A stretch of 45,644 bases of DNA. Origin: Christensenellales bacterium. Its GTDB lineage: Bacteria > Bacillota > Clostridia > Christensenellales > DTU072. A program made the translations under genes and the position numbers. The stretch lies in the NCBI GenBank assembly GCA_051887955.1, contig JBJFAO010000156.1, positions 1-45,644 on the forward strand, read 5' to 3'. This document shows, piece by piece, positions 6,313 to 21,300 of the stretch (positions are counted from its first letter, which is position 1; each line of letters begins with the position of its first letter). The notes under the pieces are model-generated. The model ran no database searches, was not told the origin of the DNA, and was given only the letters and a program-made list of their open reading frames with translations.

Positions 6313-9300
6313 TCGGAAAGAACCGAAGGCGGCGAAAACGGCGGCGGCGGAATTATTGACGACAATAAGGACGTTCAGCAGGTCGTCAACGTCACGAACA
6401 AAGAAGCTACCGAATACATAAAGACCGCCGTCAGAAACCTCGGCGCAACCTACGCCAACGACGAAAAGTGGCTCAACGTCGATTTCGCAATCGCTATCTC
6501 CTTCAATTCTTACGCAAAGGTCGACGACAAGTACACCTCCGAAACGGTTTCCAGCGCACAATTCGAAATAACGGTAAAAGCGGCTCTCAATCTCGAAGAC
6601 AACGCGCAAAGCGCGTTGGTTATAGAGTTGCGCGACATAAGACGCGACGCGACCGCTTTGGGATTCTACTATTACGATTCCACCACCTATCTGAACGTAC
6701 TCGGCAAAAAGTATTATTCCGAACAGCTTAATATGAACCAGATAGGCGTCGCTCTCGTCAACGTTCTTAAAGAAAAGGAAGTCGACATAGTGCCTATGGT
6801 CGGCAATCTGCTCGGCGGTTATATGGAGGGGACGGGAACGATACAGGGACTTTTGCCTCTCGTCTGGAAGATACTGTTCGCTTCGCAGTCGAACGTCGTT
6901 TACAGCGCGGAAAAAGTCGGCGATATGCCCAAATATCAATACATAAATCAGTATATCAACGCCGATATGATTTTCGAGATGATAGAAAAGGGCAAGATAG
7001 ACCTCGCCGGTATATTCACCCTCGATCTTACGTGGGAGGGCATAGGCAAGCTTCTCAATATGGAGTTGCCCGATATGGATCCGTTGCTTCGGGCGATACT
7101 CGGATTCGGACTTTACGACATCACGCACAAGGATTGGCCGTCGATGACGGTGGAGCTGAAAGCCATTACCGAGCTTACCGATTTGAAGCAGGGCGACGGC
7201 ACGATGACCAAAGGGTATAAGTTTACGGGATTTGCTTTGGACGTGCAGAGCGAAACCAAAGAATACGACCTCAATCTGAAAATCAATCCGTTCAAGCTCA
7301 ATACCAGCGCGAGCGACGAAGTAAAAATGAACCTCGCCGGCTACAATTTCGGCGCGGGCAAGAACAGCACCTACGAAAAGGGAAGCTTTACCAATCTCGA
7401 GCTTAATTTCAATCTCGGAGTACAGAACAAAGAGGACGAAGAGCTGACTATTTCGGGTTTGATAGGCAATTCGTTCAATCTCGGCGCGCTCGGCGAGATA
7501 CCTTTGCGGTTTGCCGGCGATTCCGACTATAATTTCGACGTCAAGCTCGCTCTGAGCCTCGATTTGTTCAACAACGCCAACAACAAGGCTCAGGTTACGC
7601 TGAAATACGGCGGACGGGAAGTCGTGTCGCTGTATCTGGTGCCCGACCTCAGGATGGAGGAGGGCAGCTCCGTGGTGTTCAATACCCTGTACATCGACGC
7701 CAGCAATCTGACCAGCGGCGGCAGGGCGTTTATTCCGCAGCTGCGCATGCCTTCGCTCAACGTGACTCAGCTGCTTGCCGGCACGCCTGAAGTGCCCGGA
7801 TTTTTGGGCGGACTAATGAAATATTTCGACCCGTATTATGCGGGTACTACGAGCGGCACGCGACCGAACAACGCCGACGAGGCGGGGGGCGGACTCGACG
7901 TGCTTACCTTGCTTACTCTTTTGGTGGAAACCGACGAACAGGGCAATCTGAAGCACTTTACCTTCCCCGACGCGACCTCCAAAAAATTCGATATCCATTT
8001 TGACAACGCCGCGATAAACACTCTTGTCGGAATGTTTATGCCCGGAATAAATCTCGGGATACAAAACCTGTCTCTCGGTCTCGATTTCGCAAGGCCGTTC
8101 GATTCCATAAGGCTCGACGTGGACGTGACGGATTCTCTTAAACTCAGCGCGGCGATAGGCGGCGACGCGCCCGACGGAACGTATACGACGGGAATAAGCT
8201 ATTTCAAACGTCCCAAATTCGATATGGAGGCGGTAGGCTGCGACGAGAACGGCGACGTTCCGCTCGACGGTAAAGAGAATGCGGAAAGCCTGCGCGGAGA
8301 ATATAAATCCATGGCGGGCGCGCTGGAATACGGCGCGAGCATAACCGGCAGCGTTAAAATAGGCAGCGGCGCAGATACGGAAATCGACCTTTCCGCTCTC
8401 GTGGGCGCGTTCGTCAAGAACGTAATGCTCGCTCTCGGAATAGAGACGTCGTCCGAGCTTAACATAGGTTATGAAATAAAAGCCGGCATCAATCTTCTCA
8501 GATTTTCGGAGATGGGACTTATAGTCGACCTCTATATTCTCGATTCCGACGGCAATAAGCCGTACGGCTATCCGTTCCTTACCCTTTACTATTCGGGCAA
8601 CGACGATACTCTTTTCATCAATACGAAGGTGAGCGAAGAGTACGATATGATGACTCAGCTAAGGGAGACGTTGCCGTTGACCAACGTAATCGACGGTAAA
8701 ATCCCCAAAATAGCCGTGCCCAATCTCGGCGTGGCGAAATTGTTGGAGGGAATGGGGCTCGATCTTTCGGGATTGGGCGCAATTATCGGAGCAAACGCGG
8801 ATTTGCGTCTGTCCCTGCCCGAAGACAGCGATAAGGTGGAGGTAGAAGAGAACGCGGACAGCCTCCTGTATATGCTGAGCAACACGATTTCTCTCAATGC
8901 CGACGGCGAAGGCGGCGGGCTCGACGTTCTCGGGCTTATCGGCAGCGCAATCGAAAGCGTGAACGTTGAAGACGGCAGATTGGGCGTAGTGCTTAACGCC
9001 GAGCTTATCGGGGCGTTGGTAGCCATGCTTTCGGTGGACATTACCGGAGAGCTCCCGAAAATAAACGGCAGTCTCAGCCTGCACCTCGGCACGCAGATAG
9101 CGCGCGACGCAGAGGGCAACAAGCTCTACGAATACATCACCTACAAGGAAGACGGAACGAAGGATATAAAGATATTCTCGTACTCCTACGGCGACGAAGG
9201 CAAGCTCGTTATTAAGGACGAAAACGGCAACGTTACCGATTGGGAAAGGGAAATCGATATGGAAAAGATCGTGCCCCACTATAAGGACAGCAATTATATC

Positions 9301-12300
9301 GAGGCGCACGTAGGTATAATAGACGACAAGATGGGCAACAAAGAGGCGTTTTATCTCGGTTTGAAGCTTATCGAAACCGTCAATCTGAAAAAAGGCTCGG
9401 ATCTCGATTTTATAGGCGGTCACAGCTCCGCCACGTACGTGACTCTCGACCAGTGGGTTAAGGAGCTCGTAGTTTCGGTAAACGTCGAGCTCGAGGTTAA
9501 TCTCGAGGCAGGCTCGCCCGAGCTTATTCCCGAAAAGCTCAACGAGACGATAGGAAAGATGCTTACCGAGCTTATGGGCTCGGCGGAGGGAAGCGAAGAA
9601 TTCCTCGACGTACTGATAAAGAGTCTCGCTTTGAAAATTCAAAACGGATATTTCTACGAAACGGGACTCCATCTCGGACTTGCCGTGAAAGGAAATATCA
9701 ACGTAAACAACATTTTCGACAGTAATCTCGGAGTGGTTATTTTCGATAAATCGGCGCCCGATACCGGCGGATACACGGCGAGCGACGGTCGCGCCTATAC
9801 TATTATAGCGGGCGTTTTCGTGGACGAGAACAAGGGATACGTCGACCTCAGTTATCTCGGAATAAATCCTGTGGCAGTCAGCGACCTCGAGGGTACGTAC
9901 GTAGGTATGATCGCTACTTTGTGGAACGTCAACTACAATAAGACGTTCGACAACGCGATAGCCGCCGAGGACGGATATCTGAGCAAACGTAACTTTATGG
10001 ATTACGTAATGAAGGAAACCGTTCTCAACTATTTCTTCGACAATTTCTACGTGAACAACGGATACGCTTCGAGGTATCCGACGAGCGCGTATAAATATCT
10101 TCTCAACGACGACGGATATATCTATCTTTACTATGTCAACGCATTCGGAAACAACTTCGAATACACCGATAAATCCAACGATATTTTCCTCAAAAACACG
10201 TCGAGAAGCTACGTGATAGAAAGTAACGGCAACATAGTTGTCAGAAATACGGCTACCGGAGATTTTTATACCACTCTCGTTCCGTTTTTGAGAGAGGACG
10301 GTTCTCCGTTGCGCATAAGCGTATCCGAAGAAGAAGAGATTATGCGGCAGGCGCAATGGGAAAAGGACGAGCAGATGGGCGCGGAGCCTACCCACTACGT
10401 CGATTTGGGAGACCTTCTCGCGAAAAAGGCGTACGACTCCTATAACGATTACGTATCCGATTACGTCGGAAGATGGGATACCGTCTACAACAAAGAAGGA
10501 ATAGACGGCAATCTCAAGAGCTTTATGGACGACGAGTACGAGAAGACGATAGCGGAAATAAAGAGCTTTTTACGCGCCGTAATCGTCGCGAAAGAGCTCG
10601 TTACGATAGAAAGAGAGCAGGGTATCGCCGTCATCGAGTATATGAAGACTTCCGAGGATATGACTTCCGACGGAGCGGGCACTTACGTAGAAATTTACGG
10701 CACGAAAACCAACGCGCAGATAAGAGCGACCGGCGAATATCTGAAGCTGTTGGAGGAGTACGTGGAAAAAGCCGTAGAAGAAACGGTGGAAAAGCAGTAT
10801 GCTTCAAGGGGCGTCACCGCGGAGGAACTGAAGTCGGTGACCTGTTACCGCATAAGACACAACGAAAGCTTCAAGGAAGAGCTTGAAAAAATACGCAACG
10901 AGACGCAGCCCGAAAATACCGACGTGATTGTGAAAAACGTCGGCGAGATGGAGGAATTCGTATCGAAGCTCGTACCCGCGCTTTCCGCCGATTATCGCAC
11001 TCCCGAGTTATCCAACGCGGCTATAGACAATCCTACGAGGATTGCTTTGCAGATTCTGTACAATTCCGGCAAGGTTTCGGTAGAGCTTTCCGCCGTCACC
11101 GTATCGGCGGTTCTTACCATGCTCGGATTTGAAAGAGTCAACGATTTAATAACGATAGATTCTATAAATATCGGTTTGGATTTCAGCGACGGAATAGAAT
11201 TCGGACTCTCGGTAGGCTTGGAGAGCACCTATTCGATAGGTCTCGGACTTTCCAAGCTGCGCGCGAGCGTCGATCCGGACAAGAGAGACAATTATAAGGT
11301 GACGATAAACACCGATAAGTATCCGCCCGAAAGCGAAATGCAGGGCGTTCCCGACGCGGTGCACGTTACTGCGTCCGGTTCTTTGTATATCCGCAACGAT
11401 ACCGGTAAATCCGGTCTGCGTCCGAGCAACGATTACAACATAACGGACGTTATTAACACCGTATTCAGCAATTCCGAGTTCAAGAAGAGCGAGCTCGACG
11501 CCGTATATGCGGAGATAGAAAAGGAAAACGCCGGCAATTCCACCATGACGGTCGCGGCGAAGAAGACGGCGGCGTGGAAGAGAGTGTCTTCGTCGGAGCT
11601 TTCGCAGAAGCAGAAGGAAGAGATGCAAACCCGTTACGCTTCCGCCGTAAAGGATATAAAAATCAACAAGAACGACGTAGCGGAGTGGTACGAATGGACG
11701 GAGGGCGACGACAACCATTACGCTTTGGCGTGGGATTATCTGTGCAAAAACTCCATTCTCGTAGACTTGAACGACGTCGGAGCGATCATTATGGCGCAAT
11801 TCCTCGGCGAAATGGACGACAGTCTGGAATTCGTCGTGGACGCATGGCTCGATTTCGAGAGCATATACAGAAGTATCCTCAAAATAGAGCTTATCCGTCA
11901 TAATTATTCCGAAACGGAAAATACGATAAACAGCGAATCGGTGCTTACCGTATATTACGACGGCAGCAATCTCGCGCCTACGGAAACGCAATTTTTCGGA
12001 GACGTGTACGTATCCACCAACATCTTCAACATAGGAGACGTCGTTTTGCGCGACGTTACCGCGGTAATTAAAGGAGTGACGGAAATATTCGACAGTACGT
12101 TTACTTCCGCAATGGGGGACGCTATCGACAAATTCCTCGGGCTGGACAGCCCGTCTCCGGCGGATATCGTGAGAGGTTCGGCTCAAAACGCCGCGGCGAG
12201 CAACGCCGACGAGCCCGCGCTGGCTACGTATCTGAACATTATGTTCAACGACGGCAATCTCGGTATCGCGGTAACGAAGGCGACGCTCATAAGCGTAATA

Positions 12301-15300
12301 AGAATCTTCGGCGTAGATCTTACCGAAGCTCTTTCCGCCCTCGATTTCGGTATGGATCTTACCGTAGGATTCAAAAATAACCTCAATCTTACCGCCAATA
12401 TCTATCTCGATTCGGAAGGCAACGTGACGGAAAAGAACGATCACGCCACCGAAATAGGTCTTACGATAGGCGGCTTGAACGCAAGCTTTACAAACGATAT
12501 TATTACCGACGCCGACAGGGAAAAGGACTACAAAGAGGTGGAAAAATTCACCACCGTCGGCTTCCAGTGGGGAGGAAAGTCGGCATTCGCTTTGTCGAAC
12601 GTAAACCGCAATTTCAACTTCGATTACGCGGTCAGGATGTTCACCGAATATTGGTTGGACGGAAGAGATTGGGACGTAGGCTTGCAGCTCGACGTCGCCG
12701 ACACGCAGGAATTCAAGCAGGCGACTTATTTCTCGGTAAACGCCAACGTCAATCTTACCACACTCAAGGAGCTCAAGAATATAGAGCTGTTCTTGAATTT
12801 TACTTCGGACGGCAAGCAGAAGCTTTACGATTATCTTGAGGAAAGAAGGAATTTCCTTACCGATTTCCTTGCCGCCGTGGGCGAAAACAACGCGGAGAAT
12901 AAGGCAAAAGCTTGGGATTTGTTGCTGGACAAACTCTCGACAGCCCTTCCCGACGACGACAATCTCGATAGGTACGGCAAAGTATATACGCCGGAAACGG
13001 AAATTCTGGACGACAACAAGTGCTACGGCATAATGAATGAAATTCAGAGAGAAATGATAAACAAATACGCCAACGAAACGGAAAGGAAGGTAGCCTGCTG
13101 GAACAAGTTGTACGGTCTCAGCGGAGATTATTATCTCGGCGATGCGATTTCCCTGTACGTCACCCTCGACGCGGAGGGCATAGCCGACGTATATATCAAT
13201 CTCGGTTTTCTCGGAGTGGAGAGAATCAAGCTCAGCAACGTAAGTCAGATTGTTATCGCTCTGGCAAAGGGCTTCGGGCTCGATTTGGGAGCAATCCTCG
13301 GCAGGGGAAGCAGTAATTCGGCGTCGAATTCCGCTCCCTCCGACGAGCAAGCCGCCTATGCCGCCGTCGCAAGTCAGATAGCGAGAGAAATACTCCTACA
13401 GATAAATACAAAAGAAGCGAGCGATTTGTTAATGCTCAAAGTAACCGGCGGAGCCATCTACGCTCTCGTAGCCGCTCTCGGAGTCGATATAGAAGAATAT
13501 TTCGATAAGTACACTCCCAATCTTTACGTGAGCGCGTTCGGTGACGATTTGGCGGAGATAAACCTCGAGCTTGAAAATCTGTTCGATCTGTCCATATCCG
13601 TCGCTTATCCTAAATTCAGTCTTAACAGCGGTCTGGAGCTTTCGATAAACGAGGACGCGTATACGATAATAGACAAGGAATGGACCACGGACTTAAAGCT
13701 TTTCTTCGAAGGAGCGTTGAAGCTGGGCGCAAACGGAGAGGCAGAGGCTTCGAGTCCCGAGGACATAACCTCGATAAACTTCGGAGATTTGTTGAGGGGA
13801 CTGCTCGGCAACGATACTTTTGCCGTGGACGTTATTCTGAAAGCTCTTCAGACCGTCAGCGCCGATTTGACTTTCCGGTTGGAGGCGAAAGCCAATCTGG
13901 TTCAGCTCTATATGCTGATATCGTTGTTAAGCGGCGACGAAGGAACGCTTACCGACGAGCAGAAAGAAGCGAAGAAGGCTCTCTACGACGACGACGGAAA
14001 GCTGAATATTCTGAAAGTGCTCAGCGCGTCGGGAGTCGAGCTCTATCTGGAAATAATAAACAGACGAGAAAAGGACGGATATATTACCGAAGATCTCGTA
14101 ATGGGCGTATATCTTGTAAAAGAGTCGCCCGACGGAATCAACGAGTTCTTATCCCTTTACCTCGACCTCGCGGCATTCCACGTGGGACGCGTCAAGGTGA
14201 CCGATTTCGAATCCACCGCGAACGGACTTATGAACAAATTGGGCGATTTGTTCGGCGGGGATAAAGAAACCGCCGGCAACGCCGCGGACGGAGAGGGGAA
14301 CGAAGCCGCGACCGTTTCGAGCGGATCCGCTTTGTTCGATACGGCGAGATATCTTCTCTATATGAAGTCGACGGCGGAAGAAAACATAGGAAAAATCGAT
14401 CCGAACAGCTTCTTTATGGACTATTCCGAAGTGTTCGGAAAGGGAGGAAGTCTCCTTCCCGATAACGCCGACGGAGGAAGGGAAACGACGTTGGCGGACT
14501 TTATACACGCCGTGGTCGGCAACACGTACGGACTTACCATATCCGCCGCGGCAAACGTTCTTATCAAGCTCCTTAACGAAGCGTTCAACGACGAAAGAAG
14601 CCGTTATTCGCGTAGCTTTTTGAATTATATCGAAAGCGTTTATAAAGGGGACAAAGAAGAGAACATCGCCGAAAAACAGACCGTTCTTAACCGTATGGAC
14701 GATATTCTTGCAGCGAACGAACAGAACAAACAGAACGCATGGGAGGCTCTGCTCGACAGCAATTCGCTCGGTCAGTATTATACCGAAAGAGCTATGGAAA
14801 TTTACGGCAGTCTGCAGACGGGAACGGACAGCGACGTCAGAGCGGAGGCGTGGGACAGACTGTACGCCGAAATTAACGGAGATATAGACGGCATAAGAGA
14901 AGCTCTCGACGATTCCGACGCGCTGGATAAATTCAGCGAGGAAACGGCGGAGGAGTATTCCTATTATTATGCTGCCGGAATGGCGTTGGAGAGTTACGTC
15001 TACGACATGCACGTTAAACTCAACGCATTGAAAACCGCTTACGAACAGGCGGAAGAAACGGTAAACGGAATGAGCGGAATAGCTCCCGACCTCAAAGACC
15101 GCGAGATTGAGAGTTACGCTTTCGAGTATTTTACCGGAAGATTTGCCTGGAGCAACGCCGATAAGGAAAAATATCAGGCGATATATAACGAAAAAGAAAC
15201 CGAAAACGGCGGCAGTAAGCTTATGGCGGGTTCGGAGGCCTGGAAGAAGATACGTACCGATATAAACAACACCTACGCCACGCTCCTTGCGGCGTTCAGG

Positions 15301-18300
15301 TACGTAAACTCCTTTGCGTACACGACCTACGGCTTCAAGACCACGGGAGACGCCACGCTTAACGGCTCGATTGACGATTACGTAAGAGAAAACAACATTT
15401 TCATAATTTCGGAGGGCAGATACGAAAAGTACGCCCTAAACGTTTCGCACACCTGGAAAGTGGTGGCTTGGGAATATCTTGTCGACAACAAGTCCATAAG
15501 CCCGGAAACCGCCGAAAATTATTATAATACCGCATTCAAACAGTACGTTATCAGCGCGAGAGGACTTCTTACCGCAATCGAATACAGGTATGCAGCCTGG
15601 ACGTACATAAACGCCGACGCTCAGAGAGTAATAGGGTGCGTTTATCCCGAAATGGCGTTCTCGTTGAGAAAGATTGTCGACGAAAACGGGGATTCGGTAT
15701 GGACGAGAATGGACGTTACCGAGGAATATCTGCTTATACTCGAGGATTATTACGACAAATCCTATTCGGATATACCGCAGCTTATAATAGACGCGGCGAG
15801 CAAGAAAGGCGAAATTACCTTAGGTATACTGTTCGAGAATTCCATACTTAACGTAGGCGCGGAAATCGCAAACCTGTATCTGGAAATAAAATTCGTCGAA
15901 GCGGGAGTAAAAATCGCGGAAAGCGATTTGTCGCGCACCAGACTGGAATTCGTTTACGACGATTTCGACAATATAACGGGACAGGAAGAAAGGACCGAAA
16001 TCGTCAACGTGGAAAATCTTGAAAAATCGGTCGAGAAGGAAGGCGGATTTGCCGAAATAGACGAAAACTTCGGGTACGTTTACGCGAAACTCGATATAGA
16101 ATTCGGTCTTAACCTCGACGACGACGCGCGTTACGACTTTACCGAATTGATAAACAGCCTTATTGCGAGCATAGGGCTTGACCTGACGTTCAACGGACAG
16201 ACTTTGCAGATAGCTCCGGTATTGAGCATACTGAACAGTATCGGCAACTACTTCAGGATTTCGTTGGAGGCGAAAATCAATCTTTTCCGTCTTATGAACA
16301 AGGACCTTAGCGATACCGATATATCTCTTACGGTATATTCTCTCGACGGCAGCGGAAATATCAAAGAGACTGTATTGCAGTTGGTGTTCGGCACGGCGGC
16401 GGAGGAGGACGGAACTCTGTACAATTTCGTCTATATAGACGCGCACAGATTCAATATACAACGGCTGTACGTCAAGAACGCCCTCGACCAGATAAAGAAG
16501 CTGTTGGGCAATTCCGATTATCCCGTTTATCACGATATCCGCAACGGAGGTTCGATATCCAAAGCGGTGATGGCGGCGATGATAGCGGACGTGCTTTCCG
16601 CCGGAGAGGGAGACGAAACGGTCTTCGACAGCTTTGCAAAATACGCCGACGCCAACGGAGGAAGCAATCCTTCCGTGGATATCGAGCTTGCCAGATACGG
16701 AATGAGCGTTCAGATAGCCGCCAACGCGGTTTACGCTTTGCTCTCCTTCCTCGGTATGGGCAACGTAAAGAGTATGATAAGTAAGGTCGGAGAGCCGAGT
16801 CTTGCCATAGATATTTTCAGCGTCGCCACGTATAACGACGAAGATATCGTAAAGCCCGACGGCAGCTACGACGACGGCGACAGAAACCTCATAGCGGTAC
16901 AGCTGAATTTCGACAGTATAAACGAAAACGGCGTCGGAACGGGCAGAGGCATAGGGCTTATGCTCGCCATCCGCAATATGGAGCTCAGCTTCAATCAGAA
17001 GCAGAATATAGAATTCAACGAAGAGGAGATACTCGAAAGGGACGAAAACGGCGATCCGATAGATTTTGCGGAAATCGACGGAATGCTCCCGAAAATTGCC
17101 ATAAAAACCTCTATCGTGCTGGAAATCGACGCCGGCGTTACTACGGGAACGAACCTCTATCAGGAGCCGGTAAATACGATAATGAAAAATTATCTCGGCG
17201 GACTCGTTATGGATATAGCCTTGTATATAGCCAACAAGCAGAAAATAACCGTAGCCGTCGACATAGAAGCCAGCCTCGACCTCGGCAACGGCGAGGATAA
17301 CGAATATCTTAAGCACCTTATTTCCGGCTCCTCCATAAGAATAGCTCTCCGCATATTCAGAGTGGGAGACAAGGTTGCGTCCGACAGCACTAAGGAATGG
17401 GCGGTAATTACCTATTTCGGCGGTAATCTCTATATAGACCTGTCCAATCTCAACAGCGACAAACTTTATCTTGCCGACGTAGGTAATCTCGTGTTCGGCG
17501 ACGGAAGCGACAAGCAGACGCAGGCGTTGTTCTCCGCGTACGAAGCGTTGTGCGCCGCCATAGGCAAGGTCAATATAGGAATAGACGCCGAAATAAATAC
17601 GTCCGGTATTTATCTCATAGTAAAAAAGGCGGCGATAGCAAGCCTTCTCAAGGTGTTCGGCTTCGGCGGCTTCGATATGTTCCCCGACGCGGCAATTCAG
17701 GTTTACGTGAAAGGAATGAAGGTTGAGGAAGGCGTAAACACCTTCGACATCGGTTTGCAGCTTGCGCTCGGCGAAAATCTCGTTACCGGCAGTACCGTTC
17801 TCAATCCCGTTCTCGGATTGGGTATTTCGGTAAAGGGCTTGTACGTAGGGTTCAACGGTCTCGACATACAGGTCAGCGACAGCGCGGAATACATTCAGCT
17901 CGACAGACTCGACACCATTTATTTCTCGACTGAGTTCCTTGTAAAAGTAACCGACGAAAAGGGTATCTATAAGCTGGGCGGATTGCTGCAGGTTCTTAAA
18001 AATAACGGCTATTTCGACCTCGGCGCGACTCTCGGCATAGATACCGCAATCGACCCGATAATAGAATTTTTGGAATCGCTCGATTCGGCTTTGTATGCGA
18101 AGGTCGACGTAACGCTCAACATAAACAGCATACTCGAGGATTTGCAGGCAAGGCTGTCCATTTACAATAAAGCTCCGGCGGATCGCGCCGAAGACGAACG
18201 TCCGATACTTAGTCTTGCGTATATACGCGGAGACGTGTATATAGACGCGGAGGGCTTATCCGGCAGCGAAAACTTCTATCTCGGCAAGGTAAAGATAAGC

Positions 18301-21300
18301 GGAATTATGGATCTTATCAAGGCGTTGACCGGCGGAAACGCAACGGAAGAAGCCAAAAACACCTACGAGATGATTAAGACGTACGAGAAGCTTTTCGCAA
18401 AAGAAAACGCCTCGTTCGCAGACGTAACGGAGAAGGCGAGCGGAACCATCAACATAATAGGCGACGTAGTGGAAGGACTTACCGTAGAGCTCGTAAACGG
18501 GGCGATATTCGGACTTGTAAAACAGCTTTTGGGCGTGGACATGGCGGACCTTATCACCAACGTTCAGACTATGGTCGAAAGCGTTATGGATCCGTATCTC
18601 GGTATCAATATCGATCCGAGTATAACCTTATTGATAACCATAGGCTTGCCCAGCACGGCGTACAACGTGACCGAGAGCGTAACGGCGGTTCCGGAGAGTA
18701 TGGCAAACGCCATAAACAAGTGGTACGGAGACGAAAAAGACTCTCTTATCTATCCCGACGAAGTCTGGAACGTGCTTTTCGAGGGAAGCGAGTTATACAA
18801 GCTTTATAATATTTCTTCCGATAAGAAGGCGGAAAAAGTACGCGAATGGATAGCGGGTAACAAACCCGAGATAAGCTCCGTTTACGCGGATATGCAGGTG
18901 CGTTTCCCGAAGATGAGCGACAGTCAGATTTACGTCCTTACCTACGACTATATGATAGGCGAAATCTACGGCAACTCCGTTCTCACCGCGGCGTACGGAT
19001 ATAATTTCTCCGCCGATAAAGAAGAGACCTCCGGCGATAAGCTTAACGTAAAGCTGGAGAGCTTCTATTCCGATTATCTGAAAGCTTACGCGTGGAATAG
19101 CTATTATAATCTTGCGTCGGAAGCTCTGAAGGGAAGAATGGACGACATTCTCTCCACGCAGTCGGACAAGAAATCGGCGTACGACGTGTTCGTTTCGGAG
19201 ATAAGCGACGAAGCCGACGCGTTGAGAAACGTCTACGAAAAGAGCGTATATCGCGAAAAAATAGCGGCGCTTCGTCTGGAAGCTGTTTCTCTCGGCGTAA
19301 ACGACAGCTATTGTTACACTGCGCTTATAAAGGGAATAATGCGCGCCAACTACGCTATGGAAGACGGTTGGATAAGTTATATTTCCGACCAGATTAAATA
19401 CACGTCGGGAGAGGATAAGATTACCGTTTATCTCGCTAAGTACGACGAATTGTATACGGTACAGCGCGCGTACGCGTGGGACGCTTATTACGCTCAGGCG
19501 GACGCTTACGACAAGGCTTTGATGAACGGCGCGTTCAGCTACGCCGAAGGAAGGTATAAAAACGCTACCGAGCAGGAGCTTAAGGCGTACGCGTACGACA
19601 AGTACAAAAAAGACCTACAGGAATCCTCCACCCTCTATCAGGAAGCTTTGGCGGCGGACGATTCGGCGATATTGAAATCGATATTGGTAAACGAAATGCG
19701 CCGTTACAGATATTACGACGGCGATACGCTTGCGGGATTGAGCGCGGACGAAATAAGCGACCTTATCGTAATACTGGACGCACTAAACGCCGCCGTGGCT
19801 AAATACAGCGTTGCAAATACGGTAATACTCAACGCTTATCAGGTGGCGGAGCTCGTCTACGACCTCGTATTCGATCCGGCGACAGCCCTTACCGACGTGG
19901 AAAAGGATTTCGACGGCGTCGCCGTCGACGTAATGAGGAGGATAAGACTTTTCGCCGTGGACGAATTGAGAAACAGCGGCGTCGAAAGAATTACTTCCCA
20001 GCTTATAGCCACCGACGGAGAAACCGACTATGAGAAAATAGAGCTTCTCGACTCTCTCATGAAACGCTATGCCGATAAATTCGTCGTTTTGCGCGGCACG
20101 GGCAAGGAGCTCGACGCCATAACGGCTGCCGCAGACGGCGTTTCTTACAGAACGCAGGCGTGGAACAATCTCATCAGCCTCGAATACAAGAGCCTTCTCC
20201 CCGAAAACGCAGTTATTCTTTCCGCGGAGACGGGCGCGGTCAACAGCGGATACGCATATTCCGGAATAAACAACGGCAAGGAAATCAATCCTTCCCGTTA
20301 CTTTGCCGACAGATACGGTTTAACGGTGGAAAACGACCTTATGAAGGTTTATCTTATATATTCGGAATTAAAGACGCGCGCCGCGGATAAGAGCCTGTTC
20401 GTCACGGCGGAGGAATACGTTTACGATTCCGACAAAATCGGCAACGTCACGGCGATATGTCGCGATTCCGCTTACGGCAAAGACGGATATCTCGTGCAAT
20501 TTTACAGAATGGCGAGAGCCTTCTCCCGTTATCTGTTCCTGTTCGACGCGGCGGGCAAGACCATGACCGCGGAGGAAATAAGCGTAGTAGCGGAAATAGC
20601 TTCGGATAGTTACGGCGTAATTTCTTACGAGACCTATTTCGACTGCTTCGCGGATTATAAGGGCGAAAGCTCGGAGCATTACGGCAGGATAATCACCGCT
20701 ATAAATATCGTCAGGGATATGTACGTTACCTTGAGAGAAGAATGCGCCAAACAGGATAAGACGACGCGCAGGAAAATCGACGTCGCGATAAAGAGCATAA
20801 TGCCGAAACGCGGAATTACCGTCGAAAAGGTAAGCTCGGCGATAGCTTACGGAGATATCGCCGACGTTAAAGATATGCCTTTGTATCCGACGTATCTTGC
20901 TATAAGTCAGTTGCTTATAAATTACGCCGGCAGCAACGCCGCTCTTAACGAGGCGGTAGAGTACGCCGACTATTATATGAACAATCACGCCGATACCGGA
21001 CTTAACGAAAGGATAGCCCTTATTTACGGCAGATATATAAAGATCTGCGATTCGGTACATAAAAAGGAAATAGAGAACGTTATCAACGCATTCAATTCCG
21101 GCGATTATTCCGCTCTTACCGCAGAATGCTGGGCAGGCTTCGGTTTCGAGGGAGATATATACGATTCGGGAAGGAACGTCATAGAGATAAAGGAAAAAGC
21201 GGCCGCCATAAATACGCTGTTTGCCGGATATAACAACGAAGAGTACTCCAAGCGCTTTGCGTGGGAGGCTTGGTACAGACTTTCGTCCACCGCGAGCAGA

